Both the position numbers and the translations under genes were made by a program. From NCBI GenBank assembly GCA_965261735.1, contig OZ253470.1, forward strand, positions 3,328,001-3,392,000: a stretch of DNA of 64,000 bases, given 5' to 3'. The notes under the pieces are model-generated. The model was not told the origin of the DNA. It worked only from the letters and a program-made list of their open reading frames with translations, and ran no database searches. Source of the DNA: Alphaproteobacteria bacterium (GTDB lineage Bacteria; Pseudomonadota; Alphaproteobacteria; SHVV01). Positions 52,600-62,837 of this stretch are shown here, one piece after another; position 1 is the first letter of the stretch; each line of letters starts with the position of its first letter.

Positions 52600-53970
52600 A
52601 CCCGCAGACCGCCGAACGATGTGCGGCGTTACGATGTGCGGCGGAACTATGCAAGCTTCAGCTCCAAGGCTGGAAACTGGGAGAAGGCCCCGGCGGTGGT
52701 GGCCAAGGTTGAGTGGCATCTGGGCATGCCGTATCCGCGGGCCCGCTTCATTTGTGGACCAACGTGTCACGCACGACCGAGCGCGTCGCCGCCATCTACA
52801 ATCATTGCGGCACCGCCGAACAACACATCAAGGACGGCAAGAACGCCATCAACTAGACCGCGGCGGGACTGCTACGGTTTCCGCGCCAACGAGGCGCATC
52901 TTCAGCTGGACGTCCTGGCCTACAACGCGGTCGGTTCCTAAGAGCCGATCCAAGAACTTGCGATTCATCGACAAGGGGTTGGCGGTGTCAAACGCCTGAG
53001 CATGATGCGGATCATGGCGAGACGGACGAAGGCGACAACGGTTCTGGCATAACGCTCGAAGTCGCGGGCGAGGCGCCGGTTGCGGCTGATCCAGGCGAAC
53101 GTTCGCTCCACGATCCAGCGTTTCGGCAGGGCCACGAAGCGGTGCGCGTCGGTGCGCTTAACGATTTCCAGCTTCCAGCAGCCGGTCGTGGCGACGGTCG
53201 CCGCCATCCTCGGCCCCTGGTAGCCGCCGTCGGCGAAGATGGTCTCGATGAAGGGGACCGAACGGCGCGCGGTTCGAAGCAGCTCGCGGGCGCCGTCGCG
53301 ATCCTGCACGTCGGCGGGATGGACGATGACGCTCAACAACAGGCCGAGTGTATCGACGAGGATGTGGCGCTTGCGCCCCGTGACCTTCTTGCCCGCATCG
53401 AAGCCCTGCGGGTCGAGCGAAGCCCCCCTTTTTGCGCTCCCTTGGCGCTCTGGCTGTCGATCACCGCCGCCGATGGGCTCGCCTCGCGCCCTTCCCGGTC
53501 GCGTACCGCCACATAGAGCGCGTGGTGGATGCGCTCGAGCGTGCCGTCCCAGTCCCACAGCATGAAGTAGTGATGTGCCGTCGACTTCGGCGGCAGGTCC
53601 TTGGGCAGCGCCGACCACTGGCAGCCCGTCCAAAGAACATAGAAGATCCCGTTGAGCACCTCGCGGACGTTCACGTCGCGCGGCCGACCGCCGCGCCGCG
53701 CCGGCGGGATCATTGGCTAGATCAGCGCCCACTCCGCATCCGTCAGATCGCTCGGGTAACGCAAGCCGCGGCGGGCGGCGGCTTGCCGGTGTTCAGGCGT
53801 CCACATCGGGCACCCCTCCAGAATGTTTCGGGTGCCCGACAATGAATCACAAACGATTCATCCGATTCAACAACTTTCTGGATCGGCTCTAAGGGCGCTG
53901 GCCCTGCCCGATGAGGTCGAGCACCGCTCGACGACTACGCTGCGCGAGAGGCTGATCAAAGATCGGCGCC
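52600..53970 (+). pseudogene. IS1380 family transposase remnant interrupted by an IS5 element
   Basis: YASFS...VVAKVEWH...YPR, FRANEAHLQL...LAYN; resumes after the IS5 as ALALPDEVEHRSTTTLRERLIK. Confidence 0.7.
52942..53889 (-). mobile_element. IS5 family (IS427/IS1031-like) element with nonsense-disrupted transposase
   Basis: IRs GAGCCGATCCA, TSD TAA; RYPSDLTDAEWALI*, slippery A5G6 run, GRKRHILVDTLG, RWIVERTFAW. Confidence 0.88.
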
Positions 53971-54118
53971 GAGGGGCCCTTCCCACACCGCCAAACCGGG
54001 GCAAACGGTCGCGCTTTCGACCGATGCTCGATTGTGCTAGACTCGTGGACGGTTGAGAGGAATCATCCAGAAAATCACGGGTTGGGTAATCGTCCACAGC
54101 GAGGGTCGACCAGGGTGA

Positions 54119-54628
54119 GTGGGACAGGGAGGGAAGCGACGGCACGCGAAACGGTCGGAAATTTTCAGGACGAACGATCCCTCGAGGCTGCGATCGACAA
54201 ACTACAGAGGGCTGGCTTTGACAGGTACGACATCAGTGTCGTTGCCGGGCGCCGCTCTTTCGAGCTCAAGTTCGGCGCAATGTATTCCAACGTGGCAGAA
54301 TTGGAGGATGACCCGGAAACACCGACCCCTGGGCGCCATTGGCGCCGCCTACGAGGTAATTTCGTGGGGCGGTACGTCAACAGCCGCTTATTTGGCGGCC
54401 GGGCTTGGCGGCTGCGCCGGCGGAATCATCGGCGGCTGGGTATCAAAACTAATCGACCGACATCACGCCGAATATGTCGGCCAACAATTGGCTCGTGGTG
54501 GACTCCTTTTGTGGGTTCGTACGACTGACCTCGCTCGCGAAGCTAAGGTGCGTCATATCATGACTTGCCAGGCGGCACGTAGCGTTCATATTCGTGATGG
54601 CGTAACCGGAATATATACCTCTGAATGA
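54119..54628 (+). pseudogene. degraded general-stress/membrane protein
   Basis: SLEAAIDKLQRAGFDRYDISV in one frame; Gly-rich TM and QLARGGLLLWVRT in another. Confidence 0.5.
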
Positions 54629-54682
54629 AGATCGAGGCTTCGAAGACATGTATTTAGTTCTTGCAGTAAGGATGGGTAAGGA

Positions 54683-55573
54683 ATGCATGTAGCAATCCTG
54701 CTGACCTTAGTGGCTGTTGGCACTGTTCTATTCCACTTCCTTAGTCCGTGGTGGTGGACGCCCATAGCTTCCAACTGGGGCTACATCGATGACACGATAC
54801 TCATAACGTTCTGGGTCACCGGCGTTGTCTTCGTTGGCATCGTTTTGTTCATGGCCTACTGCGTGCTCCGATTCCGTCACAAGGAGGGACGGCAGGCCGC
54901 GTACGAGCCGGAAAACAAGAAGCTGGAGTGGTGGCTTACTATTTTGACCGCGGTGGGGGTCGCGTTAATGTTGGCTCCAGGCTTGTTTGTGTGGAATCAA
55001 TTCATCACCGTCCCTGAAGAGGCGATGGAGGTTGAGGTCGTGGGCCAGCAGTGGCAGTGGTCCTTCCGCTTCCCCGGCAAGGACGGCGTGCTGGGCACCT
55101 CCGACGCCAGGAACATCAACGACGATAACTCGTTTGGTGTCCAGCCGGACGACTCCTACGGGCAGGACGACGTCCTTATAGACGACAGCGAGTTACACCT
55201 GCCGCTCGATCGGCCGATCAAGGTGTTGCTCCGCTCGATAGACGTCCTCCATGACTTCTACGTGCCCGAGTTCCGGGCCAAGATGGATATGGTGCCAGGT
55301 GCCGTCACCTTCTTCTGGTTCATCCCCACCAGAACCGGGACGTTCGATATTCTCTGCTTTGAATTGTGCGGCGTAGGACACCATACCATGCGTGGCATCG
55401 TGGTGGTCGAGGAGGAGAGCGCCTTCGAGGCGTGGTTGCAGGAAAACCCGACTTTCGCGCAGTCGTTGGCAAAGACTAAGACGGGCCCGGAGAAGGCACT
55501 CAGCGTCGTCTCGACGGGATCGGAATTGGATTTCCGTTCGAGAGAAGCCGCACGACGAGACCCAATTCAGTAG
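54683..55573 (+). CDS. coxB: cytochrome c oxidase subunit II (CoxM type)
   Basis: GQQWQW, DVLHDFYVP, CuA motif CFELCGVGHHTM. Confidence 0.95.
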   Translation: MHVAILLTLVAVGTVLFHFLSPWWWTPIASNWGYIDDTILITFWVTGVVFVGIVLFMAYCVLRFRHKEGRQAAYEPENKKLEWWLTILTAVGVALMLAPGLFVWNQFITVPEEAMEVEVVGQQWQWSFRFPGKDGVLGTSDARNINDDNSFGVQPDDSYGQDDVLIDDSELHLPLDRPIKVLLRSIDVLHDFYVPEFRAKMDMVPGAVTFFWFIPTRTGTFDILCFELCGVGHHTMRGIVVVEEESAFEAWLQENPTFAQSLAKTKTGPEKALSVVSTGSELDFRSREAARRDPIQ

Positions 55574-55606
55574 AGCCAGACGAGAAATGGCTAAGAGGGC
55601 AAGATA

Positions 55607-57415
55607 ATGGCCACTGTCGCACCCACCGATGTCGAATTTGTCCCGCCGGCCGAGGTCGCGGACGTCGAGCTTTATCATCCGAAAAGTTGGGTGACGAAGT
55701 ACGTCTTTTCTCAAGACGCCAAAGTCATCGCTATCCAGTACGCGTTGACGGCCGGCGCAATCGGGTTGGTGGCTCTAGTGCTGTCGTGGCTGATGAGACT
55801 GCAATTGGGATTTCCGGACACCTTCTCGTTCATTGAACCGGGCGATTACTACCAGTTCATCACGATGCACGGCATGATCATGGTGATCTACCTGCTCACC
55901 GCACTGTTCCTGGGCGGCTTTGGCAACTACCTCATCCCGCTGATGGTCGGCGCCCGTGACATGGTATTTCCGTACGTGAACATGCTGAGCTATTGGGTCT
56001 ATCTGCTCGCGGTGCTCGTGCTGGTGTCGAGCTTCTTCGTGCCAGGCGGCCCGACGGGCGCGGGCTGGACCCTATACCCGCCCCAGGCCATTCTCTCCGG
56101 CACCCCGGGGTCCGATGCGGGGATCATATTGATGCTCGCCTCGCTCGCCTTGTTCATCGTCGGCTTCACCATGGGTGGACTGAACTATGTGGTGACGGTG
56201 CTGCAGGCACGCACGCGGGGCATGACGCTGATGCGGCTGCCGTTGTCGGTATGGGGCATATTCGTGGCCACCATCCTGGCCCTGTTGGCCTTTCCGGCTT
56301 TGTTTGTCGGCGCTGTGATGATGACGTTCGATAAGCTACTGGGGACCAGCTTCTTCATGCCCGCGATCGTCGAGTTTGGGGAGCAGCTCAAATACGGGGG
56401 CGGCAGCCCGCTGCTGTTCCAGCATTTGTTCTGGTTTTTCGGCCATCCCGAGGTGTACATCGTCGCCCTGCCCGGCTTTGGCATCGTCTCCGACCTGCTC
56501 AGTGTCCATGCGAGACGGAACATCTTCGGTTATCGGATGATGGTCTGGGCGATCGTGGCGATCGGCGCGCTCAGCTTCGTGGTGTGGGCGCATCACATGT
56601 ACGTCAGCGGCATGAACCCGTGGTTCGGGTTCTTTTTCGCCACCACGACGCTCATCATTGCCGTGCCCACCGCAATAAAGGTCTACAACTGGACGCTAAC
56701 TCTGTGGCGCGGAGACATCCATCTCACGCTCCCGATGTTGTTTGCCATGGCGTTCATCATAACTTTTGTGAACGGTGGCATTACCGGCCTGTTCCTCGGC
56801 AATGTGATCGTCGACGTTCCGCTTTCGGACACCATGTTCGTGGTCGCCCATTTTCATATGGTAATGGGTGTAGCGCCGATCCTCGTGATCTTCGGTGCGA
56901 TATACCATTGGTACCCTTTGGTGTCCGGCCGAATGCTGAACGAACGGCTGGGCCAACTGCACTTCTGGGTCACCTTCCTCGGCGCCTATGCGATTTTCCT
57001 TCCCATTCATTACCTCGGCTTCCTGGGTGTGCCGCGCCGGTATTTCGAAATGGGGGAGACCAGCTTCATCCCGCCATCGGCTCAAACGCTGAGCGCCTTG
57101 ATTACGGTCGTTGCGTTGATCGTGGGCGCGGCTCAACTGGTATTTTTGTTCAACTTGGTGTGGAGCGCCTACAAGGGCAAAAAAGCCGAACGCAACCCCT
57201 GGGGGGCCACTACGCTGGAGTGGCAAACACCCGAATATCCGCCGGGTCACGGTAATTGGGGCGAGACCCAACCGGTGGTGTATCGCTGGGCCTATGCCTA
57301 CAGCGTGCCAGGTGCTGACCAAGACTTCATCCCGCAGAACCTTCCCCCGGACCAGGTTTCCACCGACGGTGGTCTCAGCAGCGATTCCGACGTCGCCGTT
57401 CAACCGGCGGAGTAA
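55607..57415 (+). CDS. ctaD: cytochrome c oxidase subunit I, A1 type (CoxN type)
   Basis: TMHG, GWTLYPP, WFFGHPEVY, WAHHM, AHFH, GVPRR. Confidence 0.97.
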   Translation: MATVAPTDVEFVPPAEVADVELYHPKSWVTKYVFSQDAKVIAIQYALTAGAIGLVALVLSWLMRLQLGFPDTFSFIEPGDYYQFITMHGMIMVIYLLTALFLGGFGNYLIPLMVGARDMVFPYVNMLSYWVYLLAVLVLVSSFFVPGGPTGAGWTLYPPQAILSGTPGSDAGIILMLASLALFIVGFTMGGLNYVVTVLQARTRGMTLMRLPLSVWGIFVATILALLAFPALFVGAVMMTFDKLLGTSFFMPAIVEFGEQLKYGGGSPLLFQHLFWFFGHPEVYIVALPGFGIVSDLLSVHARRNIFGYRMMVWAIVAIGALSFVVWAHHMYVSGMNPWFGFFFATTTLIIAVPTAIKVYNWTLTLWRGDIHLTLPMLFAMAFIITFVNGGITGLFLGNVIVDVPLSDTMFVVAHFHMVMGVAPILVIFGAIYHWYPLVSGRMLNERLGQLHFWVTFLGAYAIFLPIHYLGFLGVPRRYFEMGETSFIPPSAQTLSALITVVALIVGAAQLVFLFNLVWSAYKGKKAERNPWGATTLEWQTPEYPPGHGNWGETQPVVYRWAYAYSVPGADQDFIPQNLPPDQVSTDGGLSSDSDVAVQPAE

Positions 57416-57512
57416 AGGCGTTTGATGACGCGGACGATGCCGCCGGCGGCTGCGGAGTGGCCGGACCTGGTTCGCACGAAGCTTGCACACCGGTCACTCA
57501 GGTAGCTCAGAC

Positions 57513-58130
57513 GTGAGACTCTTCCATGTCCTGATGGAAAAGCCCTGGATGACGGCACAGGGCACCGTCATCGACCTTCGCGATAGGCGCGCCTTTGCTC
57601 TGCCCACGGCGAAGCTCGGTCTGATGGTTTTTCTTGCCGTGGTCACAATCCTGTTCTCGCTCTTGGTCGCTGCCTACGCCTATCGCATGGCGTTGGCGGA
57701 CTGGCGCAGCTTGCCTGAACCATGGCTGCTGTGGCTGAACACGGCGATCCTGATCACGAGTAGCGTCTCGTTGCAGTGGGCGCGGATAGGCGCCCGTCGG
57801 GGACGCATAGACCGCGTTAGAACCGGCCTGTTGCAGGCCGGCGTTCTCACCTTCGCCTTCCTGGCCGGACAGCTCCTGATGTGGCAGCAACTGGCGGCCA
57901 TGGGCTTCTATTCGCTCGAAAACCCCGCCCTCGCCTTTCTCTACCTGCTCACCGGGCTACACGGCGTGCACCTGTTGGGCGGCCTAGTGGCTTGGGGCCG
58001 GACCATCGCCAAGGCGTGGCCCGCGCCGGCCGTCGAACACGTGCGCATGAGCGTCGAGTTGTGCGCAATGTATTGGCACTACCTGTTGCTGATTTGGTTG
58101 GTTCTGTTCGGTCTGCTGGTACTTAGCTAG
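57513..58130 (+). CDS. cytochrome c oxidase subunit III-like (CoxO type)
   Basis: NTAILITSS, TGLHGVHLLGG, YWHYL; probable GTG start at 57513. Confidence 0.9.
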   Translation: MRLFHVLMEKPWMTAQGTVIDLRDRRAFALPTAKLGLMVFLAVVTILFSLLVAAYAYRMALADWRSLPEPWLLWLNTAILITSSVSLQWARIGARRGRIDRVRTGLLQAGVLTFAFLAGQLLMWQQLAAMGFYSLENPALAFLYLLTGLHGVHLLGGLVAWGRTIAKAWPAPAVEHVRMSVELCAMYWHYLLLIWLVLFGLLVLS

Positions 58131-58145
58131 AGGGTTTCAGAGCAA

Positions 58146-58871
58146 ATGGCACACGACGTGTTGACGGATACCGCGGGTTCTTTCGCGCGGCCGGATGGTT
58201 TGCAAGGCATCGTTTCCGACTGGTCTTCGGACCAGCGGGCGTTCAAGAACGTCCCCTGGGGCAAGGCCATGATTTGGATCTTCCTGCTCAGCGATACGTT
58301 CATATTCAGTTGTTTTCTGCTCTCCTACATGACCGTGCGCATATCGACGACCGTGCCCTGGCCCGACCCCAGCGAAGTCTTCGCCTTGCAAATCGGGGGC
58401 GCGGACGTCCCCCTCATCCTCATCGCCATCATGACGTTCATCTTGATCAGCAGCAGCGGAACCATGGCGATGGCGGTGAATTTCGGTTATCGGCGCGATC
58501 GCGTGAAGACCGCCGTGCTGATGCTGGTCACGGCGGCGTTCGGCGCCAGCTTCGTGGGCATGCAGGCTTTCGAGTGGACCAAGCTGATCGTCGAGGAAGG
58601 GGTCCGTCCCTGGGGCAACCCGATGGGCGCGGCCCAGTTCGGCTCGAGCTTTTTCATGATCACCGGGTTCCATGGCCTGCACGTGTCGGTCGGCGTGCTG
58701 TTCCTGATCCTCATTGCCCTCAAGGTCTACCGCGGCGACTTCGACCGTCAAACGCGGGGCTTTTTCACGAGTCGCAAGGGTTCGTACGAGATCGTCGAAA
58801 CCATGGGCTTGTATTGGCATTTCGTCGATCTCGTGTGGGTCTTCATCTTCGCATTGTTCTACCTTTGGTGA
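58146..58871 (+). CDS. cytochrome c oxidase subunit III-like (CoxP type)
   Basis: WIFLLSD, ITGFHGLHV, GLYWHFVDLVW. Confidence 0.93.
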   Translation: MAHDVLTDTAGSFARPDGLQGIVSDWSSDQRAFKNVPWGKAMIWIFLLSDTFIFSCFLLSYMTVRISTTVPWPDPSEVFALQIGGADVPLILIAIMTFILISSSGTMAMAVNFGYRRDRVKTAVLMLVTAAFGASFVGMQAFEWTKLIVEEGVRPWGNPMGAAQFGSSFFMITGFHGLHVSVGVLFLILIALKVYRGDFDRQTRGFFTSRKGSYEIVETMGLYWHFVDLVWVFIFALFYLW

Positions 58872-58880
58872 GGAAGCCTC

Positions 58881-59252
58881 ATGGCACAATCTGAGGTACA
58901 CGCGCAGGCACAGCCCGGGGCGCAAACCGACGCGCACACGGAAGGCCAGCAGCATCCGATCGGCATTTATCTCAAGATCTGGGGATGGCTTTTTGTTCTC
59001 AGCGCAGGGTCTTATTTCGTAGACTATTTTGGAGTCGAGAGTTACCTCAGATGGTCTTTAATCCTCTTGTTCATGATGTTGAAGGCAGGTCTAATCCTTG
59101 CCGTCTTCATGCACATGCTGTGGGAGAGGCTCGCCCTGATGTACGCCATATTGGTCCCGCCGGTGCTATTGCTGGTGTTTGTGTTCCTCATGACCCACGA
59201 AGCCGGCTACACGTTCCTGACGCGAGGAATCTTCTTTGCCGTCGGATCCTAG
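58881..59252 (+). CDS. cytochrome c oxidase subunit IV family protein
   Basis: QHPIGIYLKIWGWLFVLS...KAGLILAVFMHMLWE. Confidence 0.9.
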   Translation: MAQSEVHAQAQPGAQTDAHTEGQQHPIGIYLKIWGWLFVLSAGSYFVDYFGVESYLRWSLILLFMMLKAGLILAVFMHMLWERLALMYAILVPPVLLLVFVFLMTHEAGYTFLTRGIFFAVGS

Positions 59253-59561
59253 TGCGCTGAGGCCAAGCGGCCCCAGGTCTGATTTTTTGATGGAAGGTGC
59301 GGCGTGTTCACGTCCAAATCGTGCCCGACGTGTGAATGGCAAGGTCCCCGACCGATCCCATCGGACGCCGATATCGGTTCGCGGCAACTCGGCGTGAACT
59401 TGTTCGCGTGCCTAACGCCGGCTCGTTGATTCGGCGTCTCTCCGGCCGCCTGCGATATCGCAAAGGCGGGCGTCGCGTTGTCACCAGCGCCGTGCTCTCA
59501 TCCGTCGACCTTGGTCCTGCGCCCACTGATCCGTTCGCAGGCGCAGGAGCCCGGCTGGGCG

Positions 59562-60383
59562 CTACGGTTCGACGACCGGATCCCACTTCACGGCCCTGCG
59601 ATACACGTGCCAAGTCGCGTGCCCGAGTACCGGCAGCGCGACGGCGAGTCCGACGAATAGGGGCAACGAGCCTATCAACAGGACGGCAGCAACGATGACG
59701 CCCCAAATAGCCATGGTTATGGGGTTTGCCAGAACCGAGCTAATCGACGTTCGCATGGCTGTCGTTAAAGCGACGTCCCGATCCAAAAGCAGCGGAAAGG
59801 ACACCACGCTGAGGCTGAACACTACGGCAGTAAACACGAAGCCAACACCGCTGCCCACGACTATCAGGGCCCATCCCTCGCGGGTGGTGAGAACTTGGCG
59901 GGCGAACTCCTCGATCGATGCCGGTACCTCGCTGCCAATGAATAATACGTAGATGGTTTGCGCAGCGAATAGCCACCCAATATAGATAGCCATCAGCAAG
60001 AGGCCGAGAATCGCGATGGCAACGATCGATGGGGATCTAAGAACCTCGAAGGCATGCATCCGGGAGATATCGAGATCCTGTTCGCGGCGTCGGCTCAGTT
60101 CGTACATGCCGATCGCAACCAAGGGACCGATCAGTGTGTATCCGGCGAGGAGCGGAAAGACGAGGGGCAACACGTCGTACCCAGCCATGTTCCTCGCAAA
60201 AATGAATGTAAGAACAGGATAGATTACGACAAGGAAAATCAGGTGCGTGGGCATCGCGCTGAAGTCGGCGAAGCCCTTGGCCAAAGCATATCTCAGGTCT
60301 GACGTACCAATTTTGCAGACTATCGGTTGTGCGGACTTGCTCGCGCCCGCATCGACGATCGCATCTTCATTCGCCATGGTCAT
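59562..60383 (-). CDS. DUF2189 membrane protein
   Basis: GPLVAIGMYELSRRRE, PLLLDR, PVLGHATWHVYR. Confidence 0.88.
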   Translation of the reverse strand: MTMANEDAIVDAGASKSAQPIVCKIGTSDLRYALAKGFADFSAMPTHLIFLVVIYPVLTFIFARNMAGYDVLPLVFPLLAGYTLIGPLVAIGMYELSRRREQDLDISRMHAFEVLRSPSIVAIAILGLLLMAIYIGWLFAAQTIYVLFIGSEVPASIEEFARQVLTTREGWALIVVGSGVGFVFTAVVFSLSVVSFPLLLDRDVALTTAMRTSISSVLANPITMAIWGVIVAAVLLIGSLPLFVGLAVALPVLGHATWHVYRRAVKWDPVVEP

Positions 60384-60739
60384 ACCCTCTGACCGCCGTT
60401 CCAGTTGATCGCGGCCACGCAGCTAACACAGTGCGCTCGTCACAGCACTCCGATCAAGTCAAGCCGCGACCAACATTGTTCGTGGCCCCGCACCCTCATG
60501 TGACTGGATCGGTCACCGTCTCGGCGTTTGGCCAAGGCGGGCCCATGTCATCGGCTGCCGCCCGCAACGCCAATTCAACAAACCGTACGACGTTCATGGA
60601 CCCAGTTCCTCGACCGTAAACAGGAGCACCTTGCCGCCTGCTCGCGAGTTCACGCGGCAGCGAACGGGTCAGCCAATACCTACATAAAAATACGCGATTA
60701 TCAACTTGACACGTCACGGCGGGCGAGTACGCTTCGGGC

Positions 60740-61255
60740 ATGGACCAGAGCAAGATTCTCCTGGGCAAGGCCCTGTACGTGGTGCGGCTTCTGGGCTGGT
60801 TGTTGTTCTTCGGAGGTCTCGTATGGAGCGTCGTCTCATGGATTTGGGGCGGAGGCTTGAAGGAGTTGAGCACACCGGAATATGCCGCCTTCACTGCCAT
60901 GTTCAGTGTGGCGTTCATTTATATGAGCTGGCATCTGCACCAGCCTTTCCGCCCATCCAATCGCTTGGGAGGTATGACCGATGAATTCACCAGCGTGCGG
61001 GTCAGTCTTGAATGGTATGTGAACCCCGGCCGAATTGGGCAGGTAGAAATAGAAGGGCGTAATGAGGAAAACGTTCGCAAACTAGCGAGAGCTTTAGACG
61101 GATTACGTATTCCCCATCCACCTGTGACAGGGAAGGGGATCACTGCGGGCTGGCACAGATTTCTCGTCCGCCTTGGTGCTGAAGCGAGAGTTCGGAACAT
61201 ACGCGGCGCTCGGCGCCTATGGGGAAAGATGCAATCGGAGGCGGGCGGTGAATAA
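60740..61255 (+). CDS. IS1595 passenger membrane protein (2 TM) of unknown function
   Basis: 171-aa ORF inside the IRs with two hydrophobic helices. Confidence 0.75.
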   Translation: MDQSKILLGKALYVVRLLGWLLFFGGLVWSVVSWIWGGGLKELSTPEYAAFTAMFSVAFIYMSWHLHQPFRPSNRLGGMTDEFTSVRVSLEWYVNPGRIGQVEIEGRNEENVRKLARALDGLRIPHPPVTGKGITAGWHRFLVRLGAEARVRNIRGARRLWGKMQSEAGGE

Positions 61256-61493
61256 AGACAATGCCTATCCGCCCGAGATCGCATGGCAACGCTTCGATGC
61301 GCTCTTGGACCGGATGCTTAGAAGCGGGCCACCAGATCGCCAAACATCGTTCCAGGCCGCTTCCGGCGGTTATAGCGATACTCAAACTCCTTCACATACT
61401 TCTGAAGGTGCTTCCCGGACACATGAACGTGCGTCCCGCGAATCGACAGCTTCAACCGCGCCCAAAAGCCCTCAATCGAGTTCACATGGCTAG
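61248..61493 (+). CDS. small conserved ORF coupled to the passenger and antisense to the transposase
   Basis: GTG 61248 overlaps the passenger stop; YPPEIAWQRFDALL. Confidence 0.5.
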   Translation: MNKDNAYPPEIAWQRFDALLDRMLRSGPPDRQTSFQAASGGYSDTQTPSHTSEGASRTHERASRESTASTAPKSPQSSSHG

Positions 61494-62172
61494 AGCTGCG
61501 CGCGTACTGGCCCGCGCTGTGGTTGACGGTCTGGTGCGTATACCCAATCGTCGCCAATCCGCTGTAAGACTTGAGTTCGTCAGTATGAACGGTGCTACCC
61601 GGCTCGACGTTCTCGGAGATAAACGCCTGCAAAGTCCGCTTTCGAACGTTCGGGACAACGTTCGCCATCACGTCGCCGTCGCGCTCCAGCATCCCGAACA
61701 CCACGGTCTTGTTCAGAGCGCCGCGACCGCGCTTGCCACCGGTCGTACGGCCACCAACATAGGTCTCGTCGGCTTCAATATCGCCGTCCAGCGGCCACTC
61801 TCCGTCAGTATTAGCCATGTGCTTGCGGATCAAATGGCCCATGCGCCAAGCCGTGGGATAGGACACGTCAAGTTGGCGCTCCAGTTCCTTCGCGGGGACG
61901 CCGTGGCGCGATGTGGTGAACAGGACTATGGCGTAGAACCACTTGTGAAGCGGCAGATGCGTGCGGTGCATGAATGTGCCTGCGCACGGATAAATGTGGT
62001 GTTTGCAGTGCTGGCAGAGATACGCGCGATCACGTGCCAGGCGGTAGAACTTCCCATGCGCCCCGCACTTCGGGCAGTCAATCTCGGTGCCGCCGTAACG
62101 CTTCACCATTATGTGGTGAAGGCACGCCTCGTCATCGGGAAACTGCTGCTGAAAATCGTAGAAAGTCGTCAT
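61318..62172 (-). CDS. IS1595 family DDE transposase
   Basis: 284 aa from ATG 62172 (AGGAGG RBS); same motifs as copy 1. Confidence 0.95.
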   Translation of the reverse strand: MTTFYDFQQQFPDDEACLHHIMVKRYGGTEIDCPKCGAHGKFYRLARDRAYLCQHCKHHIYPCAGTFMHRTHLPLHKWFYAIVLFTTSRHGVPAKELERQLDVSYPTAWRMGHLIRKHMANTDGEWPLDGDIEADETYVGGRTTGGKRGRGALNKTVVFGMLERDGDVMANVVPNVRKRTLQAFISENVEPGSTVHTDELKSYSGLATIGYTHQTVNHSAGQYARSSSHVNSIEGFWARLKLSIRGTHVHVSGKHLQKYVKEFEYRYNRRKRPGTMFGDLVARF

Positions 62173-62259
62173 TATTTCCTCCTGTCCCCTGCATATGGGG
62201 ATTGAGGCGTGACGTGTCAAGTTGATAATCGCGAAGATTTTTCCTTATCCGGCCCTCCG

Positions 62260-62690
62260 ACTGCGCATTCCGAGGCAAAGCGGCCACTGATTCCGATTTA
62301 ATCCAGCCGCCGATTCCGAGGCAAAACGGCCAGTCGGGTTGGAGCTATGATCGCGTTCGTTGGGTGATCCTGACAGGGGCTACCTTCGCGCCTTTTCGAG
62401 AGGAGCGAGGATGCCCCGGGAGAGATTGCCCATGCGTAAAATACACGACGTTCTACGGCTGCATGCCGGCGGATTGTCGAAGCGGCGGATTGCGGTCGGT
62501 TTGAACACCGGCCGCACGGCGGTCGGCGATTATCTCCGCCGGGCGCGCCGCGCGGGTCTGGCCTGGCCGCTGCCCGAGGGGCTTTCGGACGAGGCGCTGG
62601 AACGGCTGCTGTTCGCGCCGCCGCCGGCGGTTTCGCCCGATCGCCGGCCGCTTCCCGACTGGCCGCTGATGCATCGCGAGTTGAAGCGGC
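62260..62690 (+). pseudogene. istA: IS21 family left end and istA 5' fragment
   Basis: TG start with iterated ATTCCGA repeats; MPRERLPMRKIHDVLRL...LAWPLP...PDWPLMHRELKR. Confidence 0.8.
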
Positions 62691-62837
62691 TTCGACACCC
62701 AGATGCGGATCAGGTTGCGCGAGACGTCGTGGCCCCTGGCCAGCCCGTGAAGGGTCTCGCCTCCGAGATATTCCTGAGCAACCTGTCGCTTGAACTCAAT
62801 GCTGTAGGTTCGGTGCTTGGCCATGGCTTCCATCCTC
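62690..62837 (-). pseudogene. IS3 family orfA fragment
   Basis: MAKHRTYSIEFKRQVAQEYLGGETLHGLA...SRNLIRIWV. Confidence 0.7.

Larger units (their letters stand above)
60693..62233. mobile_element. IS1595 family transporter IS, copy 2 (1541 bp)
   Basis: 25-bp perfect IRs CGCGATTATCAACTTGACACGTCAC; no matching TSD. Confidence 0.92.

Noticed and set aside
62260-62335. Short ATTCCGA iterations as a possible CRISPR or iteron array
   Set aside because: Typical multiple terminal repeats of IS21 ends. No CRISPR array or cas gene was seen anywhere in the window.
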